64,000 nt of DNA from an uncultured Flavobacteriaceae bacterium (GCA_964008075.1 CAXGAP010000001.1:12106-76105); one strand, 5' to 3'. Shown: positions 27,766-38,679, counted from the stretch's first letter. Translations and numbers: made by a program. The notes: generated by a model not told the origin, from the sequence alone.

Positions 27766-27963
27766 TTACTTCAATCGAAGTTGTTGTTTCACATTGTCTG
27801 CATCGGCTTCATGAACCAAGGTCGAATGTGTAAGCTTTAATTTTCTCTTTTTTGACTTTTTGGTCAAAATATGACTTTTAAATGCATGTTTGCGTTTGAT
27901 CTTCCCGGTTCCGGTCAACTTGAAACGCTTTTTTGCACTCGATTTTGTTTTTTGCTTCGGCAT
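27766..27963 (-). CDS. rpmI: 50S ribosomal protein L35
   Basis: 65-aa ORF beginning [15 protein letters not shown]. Confidence 0.95.
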   Translation of the reverse strand: MPKQKTKSSAKKRFKLTGTGKIKRKHAFKSHILTKKSKKRKLKLTHSTLVHEADADNVKQQLRLK

Positions 27964-27977
27964 GATTTCCGTATTTA

Positions 27978-28490
27978 TTATTTTTTAGGGTTCATCAACA
28001 TGATCATCTTTTTCCCTTCCAATTTCGGGAGCTGTTCAACTTTGCCATACTCTTCTAGATCTTGCGCCAATCGTAGTAACAAAATATGTCCTTGTTCCTT
28101 AAATATGATCGATCGACCCTTGAAAAACACAAAAGCTTTTAGTTTTGCCCCTTCTTCAAGAAATTTTATCGCATGCTTCTTTTTAAAAGCATAGTCGTGC
28201 TCATCTGTCTGTGGTCCAAAACGAATCTCTTTTAATACAACTTTACTCGCTTTGGCTTTTAAATTTTTTTCACGCTTTTTCTGCTCGTATAAGAACTTTT
28301 TATAGTCGATAACTTTACATACAGGGGGAGTTGCGTTTGGTGATATCTCAACTAAATCCAACTCAAGCTCACTAGCAATACTCATAGCCTTTTCAATAGG
28401 ATAAATCCCCATTTCAACGTTATCACCAACAAGACGTACCTCACTAGCCATGATCTTATTATTGATCTTGTGTGGGTCTTGTTTTATCAC
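27978..28490 (-). CDS. infC: translation initiation factor IF-3
   Basis: EVRLVGDN ... [12 protein letters not shown]-3 motifs. The coordinates use GTG 28490 from the ORF track; an in-frame ATA at 28529 is a plausible true start (see findings). Confidence 0.9.
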   Translation of the reverse strand: MIKQDPHKINNKIMASEVRLVGDNVEMGIYPIEKAMSIASELELDLVEISPNATPPVCKVIDYKKFLYEQKKREKNLKAKASKVVLKEIRFGPQTDEHDYAFKKKHAIKFLEEGAKLKAFVFFKGRSIIFKEQGHILLLRLAQDLEEYGKVEQLPKLEGKKMIMLMNPKK

Positions 28491-28539
28491 TCGATGAGGG
28501 CCTCTGCCTCTTCTTCTTCGTATGGCTATAACGCGTGTT

Positions 28540-30486
28540 TTACAGTTTAAATTCTTTTACTTCACATTCAATGGTTTTTTCAACCAGTTGAACAAAATTG
28601 TCCAGAGACATAGCTCCGTAATCTTTCCCGCCGTGTTCTCTAACAGAAACCTTAGATTCTGATACCTCTTTCTCCCCAATGATAATCATGTAAGGAAATT
28701 TTTGTAGCTCAGATTCCCGAATTTTCTTTCCAATGGTCTCATTTCGGTTATCAACGAGGGTGCGAATTTCGTTATTTTCCAATAATTGAGAAACTTTTTT
28801 AGCGTATTTTTCGTGCTTATCACTAACGCAAAGGATATTCACCTGATCTGGCGTTAGCCAAACAGGGAAGTTTCCAGCAGTATGTTCGATGAGAATTGCA
28901 ATAAATCTTTCTAAACTACCAAAGGGTGCACGGTGAATCATCACTGGTCTGTGAAGTTTATTGTCATTTCCTTTGTAGGTAAGATCAAATCGCTCTGGTA
29001 AGCTGTAATCTACCTGAATCGTGCCCAATTGCCAGCTCCTTCCCAATGCGTCATTTACCATGAAGTCCAACTTGGGACCATAGAATGCAGCTTCACCTGA
29101 TTCGACGACATAATTGAGTCCTTTTTCTTTGGTAGCATTCATAATCGCCTGCTCGGCTTTATCCCAATCTTCAACATTTCCAATGTATTTATCGGGGTTG
29201 TTTGGGTCTCGAATAGAAACTTGTGCTGTGAAATCTTCAAAACCTAAGGAACTAAAAACATATAAGACAAGATCGATTACTGCTTTAAACTCATGATCTA
29301 GCTGATCGGGCGTACAGAAAATATGTGCATCATCTTGCGTGAATCCCCTCACTCGTGTGAGCCCATGAAGTTCACCACTCTGTTCATAGCGATAAACAGT
29401 TCCAAACTCTGCGTATCGTTTTGGTAAATCACGATAACTCCAACTTCGAGAGCTAAAAATTTCACAGTGGTGAGGGCAGTTCATTGGTTTGAGCAAAAAC
29501 TCCTCGTCTTCTGAGGGGGTTTTGATTGGCTGAAAGCTATCAGCACCATACTTTTCATAATGACCAGAGGTTGTGTATAATTCTTTATGACCAATGTGGG
29601 GTGAAACAACCTGTTCATATCCAGCTTTTCGCTGCGCTTCTTTGAGAAAACGCTCTAACCTTTCTCGTAGTGCAGCACCTTTTGGCAACCACAAGGGAAG
29701 GCCTTGACCAACTCTCTTGGAAAAAGTAAACAAATCCATCTCACTTCCAAGTTTGCGATGGTCTCTCTTTTTGGCTTCTTCAACAAGTAAAAGATGCTCT
29801 TTGAGTAACTTTTGTTTTGGGAATGAAATCCCATAAATACGAGTAAGTTGAGGCTTGGTTTCATCTCCACGCCAATAGGCACCAGCGATGTTTGTGAGTT
29901 TCACAGCTTTGATAAACCCAGTGTGAGGGAGGTGCCCCCCTTTGCAGAGATCTGTGAAGTTGGCATGATCACAAAAAGTGATTTCCCCATCTTCAAGATT
30001 TTCAATGAGTTCAGTTTTAAATTGATTTTTTTCTTTTTGATAAAAGGTCAACGCCTCCTTTTTGGAGACTGAGCGCATCATAAAGGCATGTTGTTCGCGA
30101 GAAACCTCAATCATTCGTTTCTCAATCGCATCAAAATCTTTTTCTGTAACAGTGTGACCAGCAGGATCGATATCGTAATAAAACCCTTGATCGATAGCAG
30201 GACCAATAGTGAGCTTGCATCCTGGATAAAATTCTTGAAGAACTTGTGCAAGCACGTGCGCAGATGAATGCCAAAATGCTTTTTTGCCATCTGGATCGTT
30301 CCAAGTGTATAGAACCAAATCACCATCGTTTTGCAGTGGCGTAAGCGCTTCAACAACTTGATCGTTGTAGCTTGCTGTCAATACATTTCTCGCAAGCCCC
30401 TCGCTAATAGAGGTAGCAATATCAAGAGCTGATGTTCCTTTTTTCACCTCTTTAATCGCTCCGTCTGGTAGTCGAACTTTAATCAT
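28540..30486 (-). CDS. thrS: threonine--tRNA ligase
   Basis: 648-aa ORF with a TGS domain, an editing domain, a class II core and an anticodon-binding domain recognisable ([13 protein letters not shown]). Confidence 0.95.
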   Translation of the reverse strand: MIKVRLPDGAIKEVKKGTSALDIATSISEGLARNVLTASYNDQVVEALTPLQNDGDLVLYTWNDPDGKKAFWHSSAHVLAQVLQEFYPGCKLTIGPAIDQGFYYDIDPAGHTVTEKDFDAIEKRMIEVSREQHAFMMRSVSKKEALTFYQKEKNQFKTELIENLEDGEITFCDHANFTDLCKGGHLPHTGFIKAVKLTNIAGAYWRGDETKPQLTRIYGISFPKQKLLKEHLLLVEEAKKRDHRKLGSEMDLFTFSKRVGQGLPLWLPKGAALRERLERFLKEAQRKAGYEQVVSPHIGHKELYTTSGHYEKYGADSFQPIKTPSEDEEFLLKPMNCPHHCEIFSSRSWSYRDLPKRYAEFGTVYRYEQSGELHGLTRVRGFTQDDAHIFCTPDQLDHEFKAVIDLVLYVFSSLGFEDFTAQVSIRDPNNPDKYIGNVEDWDKAEQAIMNATKEKGLNYVVESGEAAFYGPKLDFMVNDALGRSWQLGTIQVDYSLPERFDLTYKGNDNKLHRPVMIHRAPFGSLERFIAILIEHTAGNFPVWLTPDQVNILCVSDKHEKYAKKVSQLLENNEIRTLVDNRNETIGKKIRESELQKFPYMIIIGEKEVSESKVSVREHGGKDYGAMSLDNFVQLVEKTIECEVKEFKL

Positions 30487-30505
30487 CAGTTATTTGTCAA
30501 AGTCA

Positions 30506-30535
30506 CAAAGATAATACGATTCAGGGCTCTTTCAA
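30506..30535 (-). promoter_or_regulatory. Bacteroidota sigma-A type promoter for thrS-infC-rpmI-rplT
   Basis: Exact TTG-N19-TATCTTTG on the minus strand, with the -7 box ending 19 nt before the thrS ATG. Confidence 0.55.
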
Positions 30536-30543
30536 TGGTAAAT

Positions 30544-30762
30544 TTATTTTTCATTGAAGAAACCTTTGACAAGGAGTTTTATCCCAATAAAACCATAAAG
30601 TATTGCAAGAGCACATGCAATCAATCCAACACCCAAAACAGGTATAAAAAATGGATGTTCTTCGTTACGCACAGCCGAAGTATACACGACTGGACCTATA
30701 AAGGCAAAAAGAATAGCGACAAAAAGACGAGAAATCCCTCTAAAAAGAAGCTCTTTATTCAT
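30544..30762 (-). CDS. small two-TM membrane protein (function unknown)
   Basis: 72-aa ORF with two hydrophobic helices. Its ATG overlaps the murQ stop (ATGA). It is preferred over the antisense 116-aa ORF. Confidence 0.5.
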   Translation of the reverse strand: MNKELLFRGISRLFVAILFAFIGPVVYTSAVRNEEHPFFIPVLGVGLIACALAILYGFIGIKLLVKGFFNEK

Positions 30763-31577
30763 ACCCCTAAATGTTTTAATACAAACCGAACACTTCCATG
30801 GATTTGCAACAATTCTATCGCTTTTTCTTCATCGACAGCTGATGATTCACAAACCATCCGAACTGCTCTTTCTTGTAGTTTTTGATTTGACAGTTGCATA
30901 TCAACCATTCGATTGCCTTTGACGTGTCCTAGCTTGATCATCAAAACTGTTGAGATTGTATTGAGGATCATTTTTTGCGCTGTTCCAGCTTTCATTCGCG
31001 AGCTGCCAGTGATCACTTCGGGTCCAACGACTGGGACAATTGGGTAATCTGCTTCTTCTGCTAAAGGGCTTCCAAGGTTGCAACTGATACCTGCAGTAGT
31101 GATTCCTTTCGATTTACATGCTTGGATAGCACCAACAACATAAGGTGTGGTTCCTGAAGCAGCGATACCCACGACAGTGTCCAGCGTCGAAATGTGAAGG
31201 TTTTCCAAATCTTTCCATCCTTGTTCAGAGTCGTCTTCGGCACCTTCAACAGCAGTTCTAATGGCAGCATCACCACCAGCAATTAAGCCAATCACATGGT
31301 CTGGCGAAACCCCAAAAGTGGGAGGGCATTCAGAAGCATCGAGTATTCCCAATCGCCCACTAGTGCCTGCCCCGAGGTAAATCAATCGACCTCCTTGTTG
31401 CATTTTGGGTAAGGTAGCATCTATAAATATGTTGATTGTAGGTAGGATTTTTTTCACAGCCTTTGCTACGTTTTGATCCTCATCATTGATGACAAGACCC
31501 AACTCTTCCACACTCATTTGCTCGAGGTTGTCGTGGTTTGATTCGGCTTCTGTGATTTTAGTGAAGCTCATACACAA
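30759..31577 (-). CDS. murQ: N-acetylmuramic acid 6-phosphate etherase
   Basis: SIS-domain motifs GAGTSGRLG and GSSRMKAGTAQK. Alternative start at 31571. Confidence 0.9.
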   Translation of the reverse strand: MCMSFTKITEAESNHDNLEQMSVEELGLVINDEDQNVAKAVKKILPTINIFIDATLPKMQQGGRLIYLGAGTSGRLGILDASECPPTFGVSPDHVIGLIAGGDAAIRTAVEGAEDDSEQGWKDLENLHISTLDTVVGIAASGTTPYVVGAIQACKSKGITTAGISCNLGSPLAEEADYPIVPVVGPEVITGSSRMKAGTAQKMILNTISTVLMIKLGHVKGNRMVDMQLSNQKLQERAVRMVCESSAVDEEKAIELLQIHGSVRFVLKHLGV

Positions 31578-31583
31578 ATGTAA

Positions 31584-32378
31584 TTATTCGGCTGTAAATG
31601 GAAGTGAGCTAGATTCAACCACCCTAAAATAACCCAATGCAATGCTTTCTTTTTCTGAGCTGACAAAGTTGCCCAGTAGGGTTGATGTTGCTGTTGCAAA
31701 AGGGCCACCACCATTTTGGCCACTATGGCTCAATAAAATTTGCATATATGTAAAGAAGTCTTTGTCTATTCCAAGCATACGAATGATGACTTCCTCGTTT
31801 TTTGGTAACAAATCGTCATAGAAAAACGAGAAGGTAAATTGTTGTCCGTCATAAAAGCGATCTCTAGTTACAAAAAGGTTGTTGTATGAAAAATCGAAAA
31901 GGTAGTAGTTGCCAAGACCAGGGCGATCGGTCAATGTGATCAATGCCTCGGTTTCATTGCCACTAAAAAGCTGACCATCTCCTTGCACTACTCCATCAAA
32001 TGTGCCAGAAAGAATCAACTCTTCTGTTGCAGTGTAGAGAACTCCATCTACATCGACAACCAATTGATATTCTTTGTCAATGGTGATTTCAGGGACGTCT
32101 AGAAGATATTCACCACCCTCTGTGTGATTGGCAAACAAGACTTGATTATCGAACATTAAAGACACAGAGGCATCATCTACAATGATGATATCAGCACTGT
32201 AATAGTCAGTTGTTTTGGTCACAAGTACACGAAGTTGGGCTGCACCACCTCCCTGTGGTCGGCTGAGTTCTGCATCAATAACGACTTGTTCAGGAGTTTG
32301 TGAAAGATCGACTGTGATCACATCTTCACATGAAATAAACACAATGCTAAGTAAAAAGACTATTTTTCTCATCACCAA
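31584..32378 (-). CDS. DUF4249-type lipoprotein (TonB-receptor partner)
   Basis: 264-aa ORF with a lipobox (VFISC). It overlaps the stop of the upstream TonB-dependent receptor by 7 nt. Confidence 0.6.
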   Translation of the reverse strand: MVMRKIVFLLSIVFISCEDVITVDLSQTPEQVVIDAELSRPQGGGAAQLRVLVTKTTDYYSADIIIVDDASVSLMFDNQVLFANHTEGGEYLLDVPEITIDKEYQLVVDVDGVLYTATEELILSGTFDGVVQGDGQLFSGNETEALITLTDRPGLGNYYLFDFSYNNLFVTRDRFYDGQQFTFSFFYDDLLPKNEEVIIRMLGIDKDFFTYMQILLSHSGQNGGGPFATATSTLLGNFVSSEKESIALGYFRVVESSSLPFTAE

Positions 32379-34723
32379 TCAATTCGATACATTACAGAAG
32401 GTACGATTCCAAAAATTGAAAATCGTACAGCTTCATTTTGTTGCGTTTCCCTGTTTTGACGAAAGTTGATACTCGCAGCATTTTTGCGATTATAGACATT
32501 GTAGATACCAAAAATCCAACTTCCTTGTCGATTCTTTTTTGGGGGTCTTTTTAGTGTTGCTGATATATCCATGCGATGGTAATCTGCAAACCGATTGCTA
32601 TTTCGCTTGCCATAATTGGGGACTCGAAGTCCTCCAAACTCATACTGACCAACGGGGTAGGTTGTCGGCTGTCCAGTTTGATATAAGAAATTGGCATTAA
32701 AACTCCATTTATTGTTCAGTTGGTAGCTTGCATTCACGCTCAGATCATGTCTTTTGTCAAATGCATTTGGGTACCAATTGCCATCATTGATGCCTGGACC
32801 TCCAAATTCTTGCCCTTCTGTTTTTTGCTCTGATTTCGACCAAGTGTAAGCCAACCAATATTGTAGTTTTCCAATGGGTTTTTTAACTAATATTTCTGCA
32901 CCATACGCACGAACAATCCCTGGCATTGTCACTTGTTCCACAGCATCATTTGCAACCAAATCAGCACCATCGATATAGTCTAGTCGATTGCTGACATTTT
33001 TATAAAAGCCTTCAATTTCAATACTTTTTTGAGATTGTGTTTCTATAACATAACCAATGGCCCATTGGTCGAGTTGTTGGGGTTTTAGATGTGGACCACT
33101 CGGCGCCCAGATGTCAAGGGGTGTTGGGGAACTGGTGTTGGAAATCAGGTGGAGGTACTGATTTAGGCGATTGTAAGATGCTTTGAAAGCACTGTTTTCC
33201 ATGGCATACGACAAAGTGATTCTTGGTTCGATATGGCTATAAGTTGCAGATGATTTATTTGCATTGTAGAGGCCTGTAGGAACTCCTTTTTCATAGATTC
33301 CCAATGAGTTGTTGAAGCGAGTTGACATTCCGTTTTCATAAGTAAAAAGGCCATCTTGTTTTAACCTTGTAAAATGATTGAAACGGATGCCAAACTGAAA
33401 AGAAAATGAGGATGAAAGATCTTGTGAAATATCTACATAAACACTATGCTCCATCGCATATTTCTTTTGCAACTGCTCAGCATTGATACCTGAGTCCAAT
33501 CGAGCAGGTTCGATATAGCCAGGGTTAAAGGTATAGTAAGTCGATTGCAGCCCAAAGTCTAGACTTGTTTTATCGTTTGCAAAATAAGAGAAATCATATT
33601 TTAGATTGAGGTTTTCAATACCAGAATCCCAATCAAAACCAGCAAAATCAAGCAACAAACCATAGTAGTAGTCACTGTAAATCAGCGATAGATTTGAAAA
33701 TAAGCGTTGTGAAAACAGATGATTCCACCTCAAATTAAATACAGCATTTCCATAGGTGTTCACAAAGCTTTCGTCGACATTAAACACATCTCTTCCAAAA
33801 TAGCCTGAGAGGTAGAGTTTATTTTGATCATTGATTGGAAAACTCATTTTGGTGTTTAGGTCGTAGAAATATGCACTATTCGGATTGTCAGTTAGTTTTA
33901 AAAATAAATGGGCATAAGTTCCCCTTCCACCAACGACAAAGCTTCCTTTGCCTAGGGGTCCCTCTGCAAGTAAGCGACTGGTTACGAGTCCAATACCACC
34001 GTTGAGCTTAAACTCTTCTTTGTTTCCTTCCTTTTGGTAGATATTCAAAACAGATGCAAGTCGCCCACCATATTTGGCTGGGATGCCCCCTTTATAGAGT
34101 CGCAAATCTTTAATCGCATCAGGATTGAATACAGAGAAAAATCCAAAGAGGTGTGAAGAGTTGTAAATGGTAGCCTCGTCCAAAAGGATTAGGTTTTGAT
34201 CAGCAGACCCACCACGTACATTAAAGCCAGAAGCCCCTTCACCAGCACTTGTTACACCTGGGAGCAACTGAATGGTTTTGAGTACATCAGGTTCTCCAAA
34301 AACAGCAGGTGTTTGTAGGACTGTTTTTGAAAGAAGGCGGTTGACACTCATTTCAGGTTTTTTGATGTTGACTCTTTCTGTATTGTCAATCAAAACAACT
34401 TCATCGAGTTCCTCTGCTGCAGGGGTTAGCAATATATTTTGTTTGATGTTTTCGTTCAGTGATATAGGGAACCGAAGTGATTGATAACCTAGGTATTGTA
34501 CAGAGATTGTGTATTCGCCAGGAGGGATACTAAGGGAGTAAAAACCATAGCTATTTGTAACCGTTCCTGTATTGAGCTCATTGATGAGTATGGTAACCCC
34601 AAGAAGGGTTTCCTTGGATAATGAATCAGAAACATCCCCACTGATTGTGACTCGATCTTGAGCCGACAAAAATTGAAACAAAAACAGGAATAGGGTAACA
34701 CAACCAATATGGCGCATTTGCAT
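32372..34723 (-). CDS. TonB-dependent outer-membrane receptor with N-terminal carboxypeptidase-regulatory-like domain
   Basis: Signal peptide MQMRHIGCVTLFLFLFQFLSAQ (start trimmed from 34789), a plug region, a long beta-barrel and a C-terminal aromatic residue (…YRIDW). Confidence 0.85.
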   Translation of the reverse strand: MQMRHIGCVTLFLFLFQFLSAQDRVTISGDVSDSLSKETLLGVTILINELNTGTVTNSYGFYSLSIPPGEYTISVQYLGYQSLRFPISLNENIKQNILLTPAAEELDEVVLIDNTERVNIKKPEMSVNRLLSKTVLQTPAVFGEPDVLKTIQLLPGVTSAGEGASGFNVRGGSADQNLILLDEATIYNSSHLFGFFSVFNPDAIKDLRLYKGGIPAKYGGRLASVLNIYQKEGNKEEFKLNGGIGLVTSRLLAEGPLGKGSFVVGGRGTYAHLFLKLTDNPNSAYFYDLNTKMSFPINDQNKLYLSGYFGRDVFNVDESFVNTYGNAVFNLRWNHLFSQRLFSNLSLIYSDYYYGLLLDFAGFDWDSGIENLNLKYDFSYFANDKTSLDFGLQSTYYTFNPGYIEPARLDSGINAEQLQKKYAMEHSVYVDISQDLSSSFSFQFGIRFNHFTRLKQDGLFTYENGMSTRFNNSLGIYEKGVPTGLYNANKSSATYSHIEPRITLSYAMENSAFKASYNRLNQYLHLISNTSSPTPLDIWAPSGPHLKPQQLDQWAIGYVIETQSQKSIEIEGFYKNVSNRLDYIDGADLVANDAVEQVTMPGIVRAYGAEILVKKPIGKLQYWLAYTWSKSEQKTEGQEFGGPGINDGNWYPNAFDKRHDLSVNASYQLNNKWSFNANFLYQTGQPTTYPVGQYEFGGLRVPNYGKRNSNRFADYHRMDISATLKRPPKKNRQGSWIFGIYNVYNRKNAASINFRQNRETQQNEAVRFSIFGIVPSVMYRIDW

Positions 34724-34745
34724 AGCAATTTTGACAAATATACAA

Positions 34746-35615
34746 TTAACTGGGTTTTTTGCTTCCCAAGCGCCACATGAGGATACCACCTGTTATGAAC
34801 ATCCATATTGAATATGCACCTGTTGGTAGTCCCATTTCGAAGTTGTTGAGGATGGTGGTCGCAATAACAAAAGCCAGTGTTCCATTTTGAATACCACTTT
34901 CTATGGTGATTGTTATTTGGCTATTTCCAGCGATGCCAAACAGTTTGGCAGTAAGAAACCCAAGCCCCATTGTAAGTAAGTTGAGCAGCAATGTCGCAAG
35001 TCCAACTTCTTTCATTGCTTGTACCAAATTGTCTTTATTGGCAACAATGATGACCAGGAAAATAATAACAAAGAGAACAGTTGAGGCAGTACGCATTGGT
35101 TTTTCCATTCGTAAGGCAAAGCCTTCATTTCGTTTTCGAATCATCATGCCTATTGCAATGGGGATGACAGTAATGACCAAAATTTGAAGCATTGTTTGCA
35201 GTACAGGCAACTCGATCACAACGCCTGTATTTCCAGTGAAATAAGCAATGGCCTCAGAAAGCAAGACTGGGATTGTGAATACTGTGATAAGACTTGCAAG
35301 AGCAGTCAAGGTGACAGAAAGACCAATATTTCCTCGAGACACTTGCGTGATCAGGTTACTTGTTGGACCTCCTGGACAGAGGGATAGAATCATGACTCCA
35401 GTTGCCATGGTAGGGCTTAGATTGAAGAGGACCACTATCGAAAAACCGATGATTGGTAGAAGTATGATTTGGTTGATCAGTCCAACGAGCACTGCCTTTG
35501 GATAGGTAAAAATTCTAACAAAATTCCCAATGACTAGGGTAAGACCCATGCCAAACATGATGATTGCCAAAGAAACTGGTAAAAAAATTTGTCCGATGAT
35601 TGTAGTGATGTCCAT
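34746..35615 (-). CDS. bile acid:sodium symporter (BASS) family transporter
   Basis: 289-aa polytopic ORF with the CPGGPTSN signature. Confidence 0.75.
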   Translation of the reverse strand: MDITTIIGQIFLPVSLAIIMFGMGLTLVIGNFVRIFTYPKAVLVGLINQIILLPIIGFSIVVLFNLSPTMATGVMILSLCPGGPTSNLITQVSRGNIGLSVTLTALASLITVFTIPVLLSEAIAYFTGNTGVVIELPVLQTMLQILVITVIPIAIGMMIRKRNEGFALRMEKPMRTASTVLFVIIFLVIIVANKDNLVQAMKEVGLATLLLNLLTMGLGFLTAKLFGIAGNSQITITIESGIQNGTLAFVIATTILNNFEMGLPTGAYSIWMFITGGILMWRLGSKKPS

Positions 35616-35690
35616 ATCTAACTTTTATATAGATGAAAAGATTCAATTATTTTTTGAATAATTGATATCATTTGTATCAAATCCGACAGA

Positions 35691-36917
35691 TTAGCGTAGA
35701 GCCTTATCTAGATTTTCTTTGATAGAATCTAAAAACTCTTGGGTATTGAGATAATGCTCTCTCTTGAGGTTTTTCTCATGAATAAGCAATGCCAAGTCTT
35801 TGGTCATTTTGCCACTTTCCACTGTTTGAATACAAACCTTTTCAAGAGTTTCACAAAAGTTTGCAAGCTCTTGGTTGTTATCTAGTTTGGCACGATGTGC
35901 AAGTCCACGTGTCCAAGCAAAAATAGATGCGATAGGGTTTGTAGATGTTTCCTCACCATTTTGGTGGAGGCGATAATGTCTCGTCACTGTACCATGTGCT
36001 GCTTCAGCTTCCATGATTTCTCCATCAGGAGTGACAAGGGTTGAAGTCATCAGCCCTAGCGATCCAAACCCTTGCGCAACTGTATCCGACTGCACGTCTC
36101 CATCATAGTTTTTACATGCCCAAACAAATCCACCATTCCACTTCATAGCAGCAGCGACCATATCATCGATCAGGCGATGCTCGTAGTGTATGCCTGCTTC
36201 ATCAAACTTTGTTTTGAATTCATTTTGATACACTTCTTCAAAAATGTCTTTGAAGCGACCATCATAAGCTTTCATGATGGTGTTTTTGGTGCTGAAATAC
36301 AATGGCCAGCCTTTGCTCAATGCACGATTCATGCACGAGCGAGCAAATCCATAAATGGATGAATCAATATTATACATGCTCATTGCAACACCACCCTCTT
36401 GAAAATCATAAACCTCCCAAGTTTTTGATTCACTGCCATTTTCAGGTGTAAAAGTCATTGTGAGTTTCCCTTTGCCTTTTATAACAGTGTCAGTTGCTTT
36501 GTACTGATCTCCAAAGGCATGACGACCAATACATATGGGATTTGTCCAACCTTGTACATATCTCGGAACATTTTTCATAATAATAGGCTCTCGAAATACT
36601 GTACCTCCAACGATGTTTCTGATCGTGCCATTGGGCGATCGCCACATCTTCTTTAAGCCATACTCCTCTACACGATTTTCGTCGGGAGTAATCGTTGCAC
36701 ATTTAATACCAACCTTATGATTGTTAATTGCATTGGCAGCATCGATTGTAATTTGATCATTGGTGGCATCTCGACTTTCTAGGCCTAAGTCGTAGTATAA
36801 AAGTTCAACGTCAATGTAGGGTAGGATGAGTTGTTCTTTTATAAACTTCCAGATGATTCTTGTCATTTCATCACCATTGATTTCGACAACAGGTTTAGCA
36901 ACTTTAATTTTGGTCAT
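35691..36917 (-). CDS. icd: NADP-dependent isocitrate dehydrogenase (eukaryote-like type II homodimeric form)
   Basis: [26 protein letters not shown] and HGTVTRHYR motifs. Start trimmed from 36959 to [12 protein letters not shown]. Confidence 0.92.
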   Translation of the reverse strand: MTKIKVAKPVVEINGDEMTRIIWKFIKEQLILPYIDVELLYYDLGLESRDATNDQITIDAANAINNHKVGIKCATITPDENRVEEYGLKKMWRSPNGTIRNIVGGTVFREPIIMKNVPRYVQGWTNPICIGRHAFGDQYKATDTVIKGKGKLTMTFTPENGSESKTWEVYDFQEGGVAMSMYNIDSSIYGFARSCMNRALSKGWPLYFSTKNTIMKAYDGRFKDIFEEVYQNEFKTKFDEAGIHYEHRLIDDMVAAAMKWNGGFVWACKNYDGDVQSDTVAQGFGSLGLMTSTLVTPDGEIMEAEAAHGTVTRHYRLHQNGEETSTNPIASIFAWTRGLAHRAKLDNNQELANFCETLEKVCIQTVESGKMTKDLALLIHEKNLKREHYLNTQEFLDSIKENLDKALR

Positions 36918-37069
36918 GACTTTTTTTTTGGTGGCGCAAATATACAACGTGAAAGCCAAAGAGCATCAACGTTTTCAATACTATTCAGATTGTTATAATA
37001 TTCTCAAAAAAACAGAGTAAAAATTCAAAAAAATCTATCAGAAAGGAGGGTCTTTAAAAATCAGAAGTT

Positions 37070-37420
37070 TTAATTCTTTTTTTCCTTGATTCGCGCTTTT
37101 TTGCCTCGCAATTCTCTGAAGTAAAAAATACGTGAACGACGTACTTTACCACGACTGTTAACTTCGATTTTCTGTATGGTCGGCAGATTGAACGGGAATA
37201 TACGCTCAACACCAACTGTTCCAGATATTTTTCGAATGGTGAATGTCTTTGTGCTTCCAGTACCTTTGATTTGGATCACAACTCCTTTGAAGAACTGGGT
37301 TCTTACTTTTTCGCCCTCGCGAATTTCATAGTAAACTGTGATGGTGTCACCCGCCTGAAATGAGGGGAATGATTTTTTCTCGACGAATTCGTCTTGAACA
37401 TACTGAACTAATTGTTCCAT
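37070..37420 (-). CDS. rplS: 50S ribosomal protein L19
   Basis: 116-aa ORF with typical L19 sequence (FQAGDTITVYYEIREGEK...RIFPFN). Confidence 0.95.
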   Translation of the reverse strand: MEQLVQYVQDEFVEKKSFPSFQAGDTITVYYEIREGEKVRTQFFKGVVIQIKGTGSTKTFTIRKISGTVGVERIFPFNLPTIQKIEVNSRGKVRRSRIFYFRELRGKKARIKEKKN

Positions 37421-37487
37421 GATTTCTAGCTAAAAAATAAATAAGAACAACATTCACGACCATCGCCAGCGGTTGAGCCTAGGGGTG

Positions 37488-37517
37488 CAAAATTAGATAT
37501 TTTTTTTTAGTTTGCAA
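37488..37517 (-). promoter_or_regulatory. Bacteroidota sigma-A type promoter for rplS
   Basis: Exact TTG-N19-TAATTTTG on the minus strand, about 67 nt upstream of the rplS ATG. Confidence 0.55.
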
Positions 37518-37550
37518 CTGTTCTTTTTTTAATCTTAATACAATCAAAAA

Positions 37551-38243
37551 TCATCTGCGATAAATTGGAAACTGATACATCATCGTATAGTTCAAACCCA
37601 CGCCCCAAGGGCTGGCCTCAGATACACGATGATAACCTGGAATATAGAGATTACTGAAGTTGGTGACCTCCTTGTCATTGATCAAATAGTTCATCCGAAC
37701 GCTAATGCCCATATACAAGTTGTTCAGTAATTCAGCTTTAACTCCTGCAATAATTTCAATCCAATTCGCATTCAAATTATCGAACATTAGGGGTTGATCT
37801 AGTGATTTGTATAAGTCTTCTGCCCAAAGTTGATCGAGCTGCCTGACTGCATAACCATTGAGCTGTTGGCCATGAGTACTTGTGCCAAGCCTAAAACCTG
37901 TCAGCAGCATATTCTCCATCCCTTCCCAGTTGTTGAACAAATTGAAATCAACACCTAGCTTGATATATTCTCCACTAGTCTGGAAGTCAAGTGTTTCACT
38001 TACAACACGTTTGTCTTCCATTCCTACTTCTGCTGCGAGATATAGCTTTTTTGTTATTCGATAATCAGCAGTGAGTTCTAGCCCTTTATAGTCGTTTTCG
38101 ATCATAGAGCGAATGGGTTTACTCATATCAATCCCAAAGCGAATGCTATATCTTTCTGTATATTTTGGAATGCTGTCCTGCGCATAGCCAATACAAACCA
38201 TGAAAAATAGCAAATAATTAGTGATAGATTTTAACATGAGCAA
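37551..38243 (-). CDS. predicted outer-membrane beta-barrel protein (function unknown)
   Basis: 230-aa ORF with a signal peptide, an alternating-hydrophobic strand pattern and a C-terminal aromatic-rich end. Confidence 0.5.
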   Translation of the reverse strand: MLMLKSITNYLLFFMVCIGYAQDSIPKYTERYSIRFGIDMSKPIRSMIENDYKGLELTADYRITKKLYLAAEVGMEDKRVVSETLDFQTSGEYIKLGVDFNLFNNWEGMENMLLTGFRLGTSTHGQQLNGYAVRQLDQLWAEDLYKSLDQPLMFDNLNANWIEIIAGVKAELLNNLYMGISVRMNYLINDKEVTNFSNLYIPGYHRVSEASPWGVGLNYTMMYQFPIYRR

Positions 38244-38679
38244 GGGTATCTACAAGGACTTCGTTCGTTACAATTTCAATTGTGTTTATCCAACTTTGAT
38301 TGCTGCCGATTTCGATTTCATTTATGATAAATGTACTTTGAAACCCACATGCGCGACTCAAATACATATCCTGTGTTTGGTAATCGATTAACAGTTCATC
38401 ACTCATCCCTGCTGATATTGTAAAATCGAGATTCATTTTGTTGGCTTTGATTTGAACAGGAATTGCAATTGAATCAGTATTAATCAATTGCAATACAGAT
38501 TCATTTTCAGTATTTTTAACCCTCAAGCTGTCAACTGACTTGAGCTGACTAGGCTGGTTGGCATCATACAAGCGAAAGACGAGTTGTGGTGTTGATGGGT
38601 TTTCTATGTTGCACACATCGTCTGGTTCACAACTCAAGTGAAGCAGTAGTATCAATAATAGATAGCGAAATTTATACAT
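38218..38679 (-). CDS. lipoprotein (function unknown)
   Basis: Start trimmed to MYKFRYLLLILLLHLSC (lipobox). It overlaps the rlmD stop and the next gene's start. Confidence 0.5.
   Translation of the reverse strand: MYKFRYLLLILLLHLSCEPDDVCNIENPSTPQLVFRLYDANQPSQLKSVDSLRVKNTENESVLQLINTDSIAIPVQIKANKMNLDFTISAGMSDELLIDYQTQDMYLSRACGFQSTFIINEIEIGSNQSWINTIEIVTNEVLVDTLAHVKIYH

Noticed and set aside
30535-30885. 116-aa plus-strand ORF overlapping the 72-aa minus-strand ORF and the end of murQ.
   Set aside because: It overlaps the murQ coding sequence and has a basic, low-complexity composition. The 72-aa minus-strand ORF has two clean TM helices and an ATGA overlap with murQ.
34724-34789. N-terminal extensions in the ORF track: TonB receptor to 34789, icd to 36959, nrnA to 47108, transketolase N-subunit to 21487, yebC to 55721, TPR protein to 13266 and ribH to 14041.
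   Set aside because: The extensions overlap upstream genes or promoter boxes and precede a Met that gives the family-typical N-terminus or a proper signal peptide. I trimmed them in the feature table.
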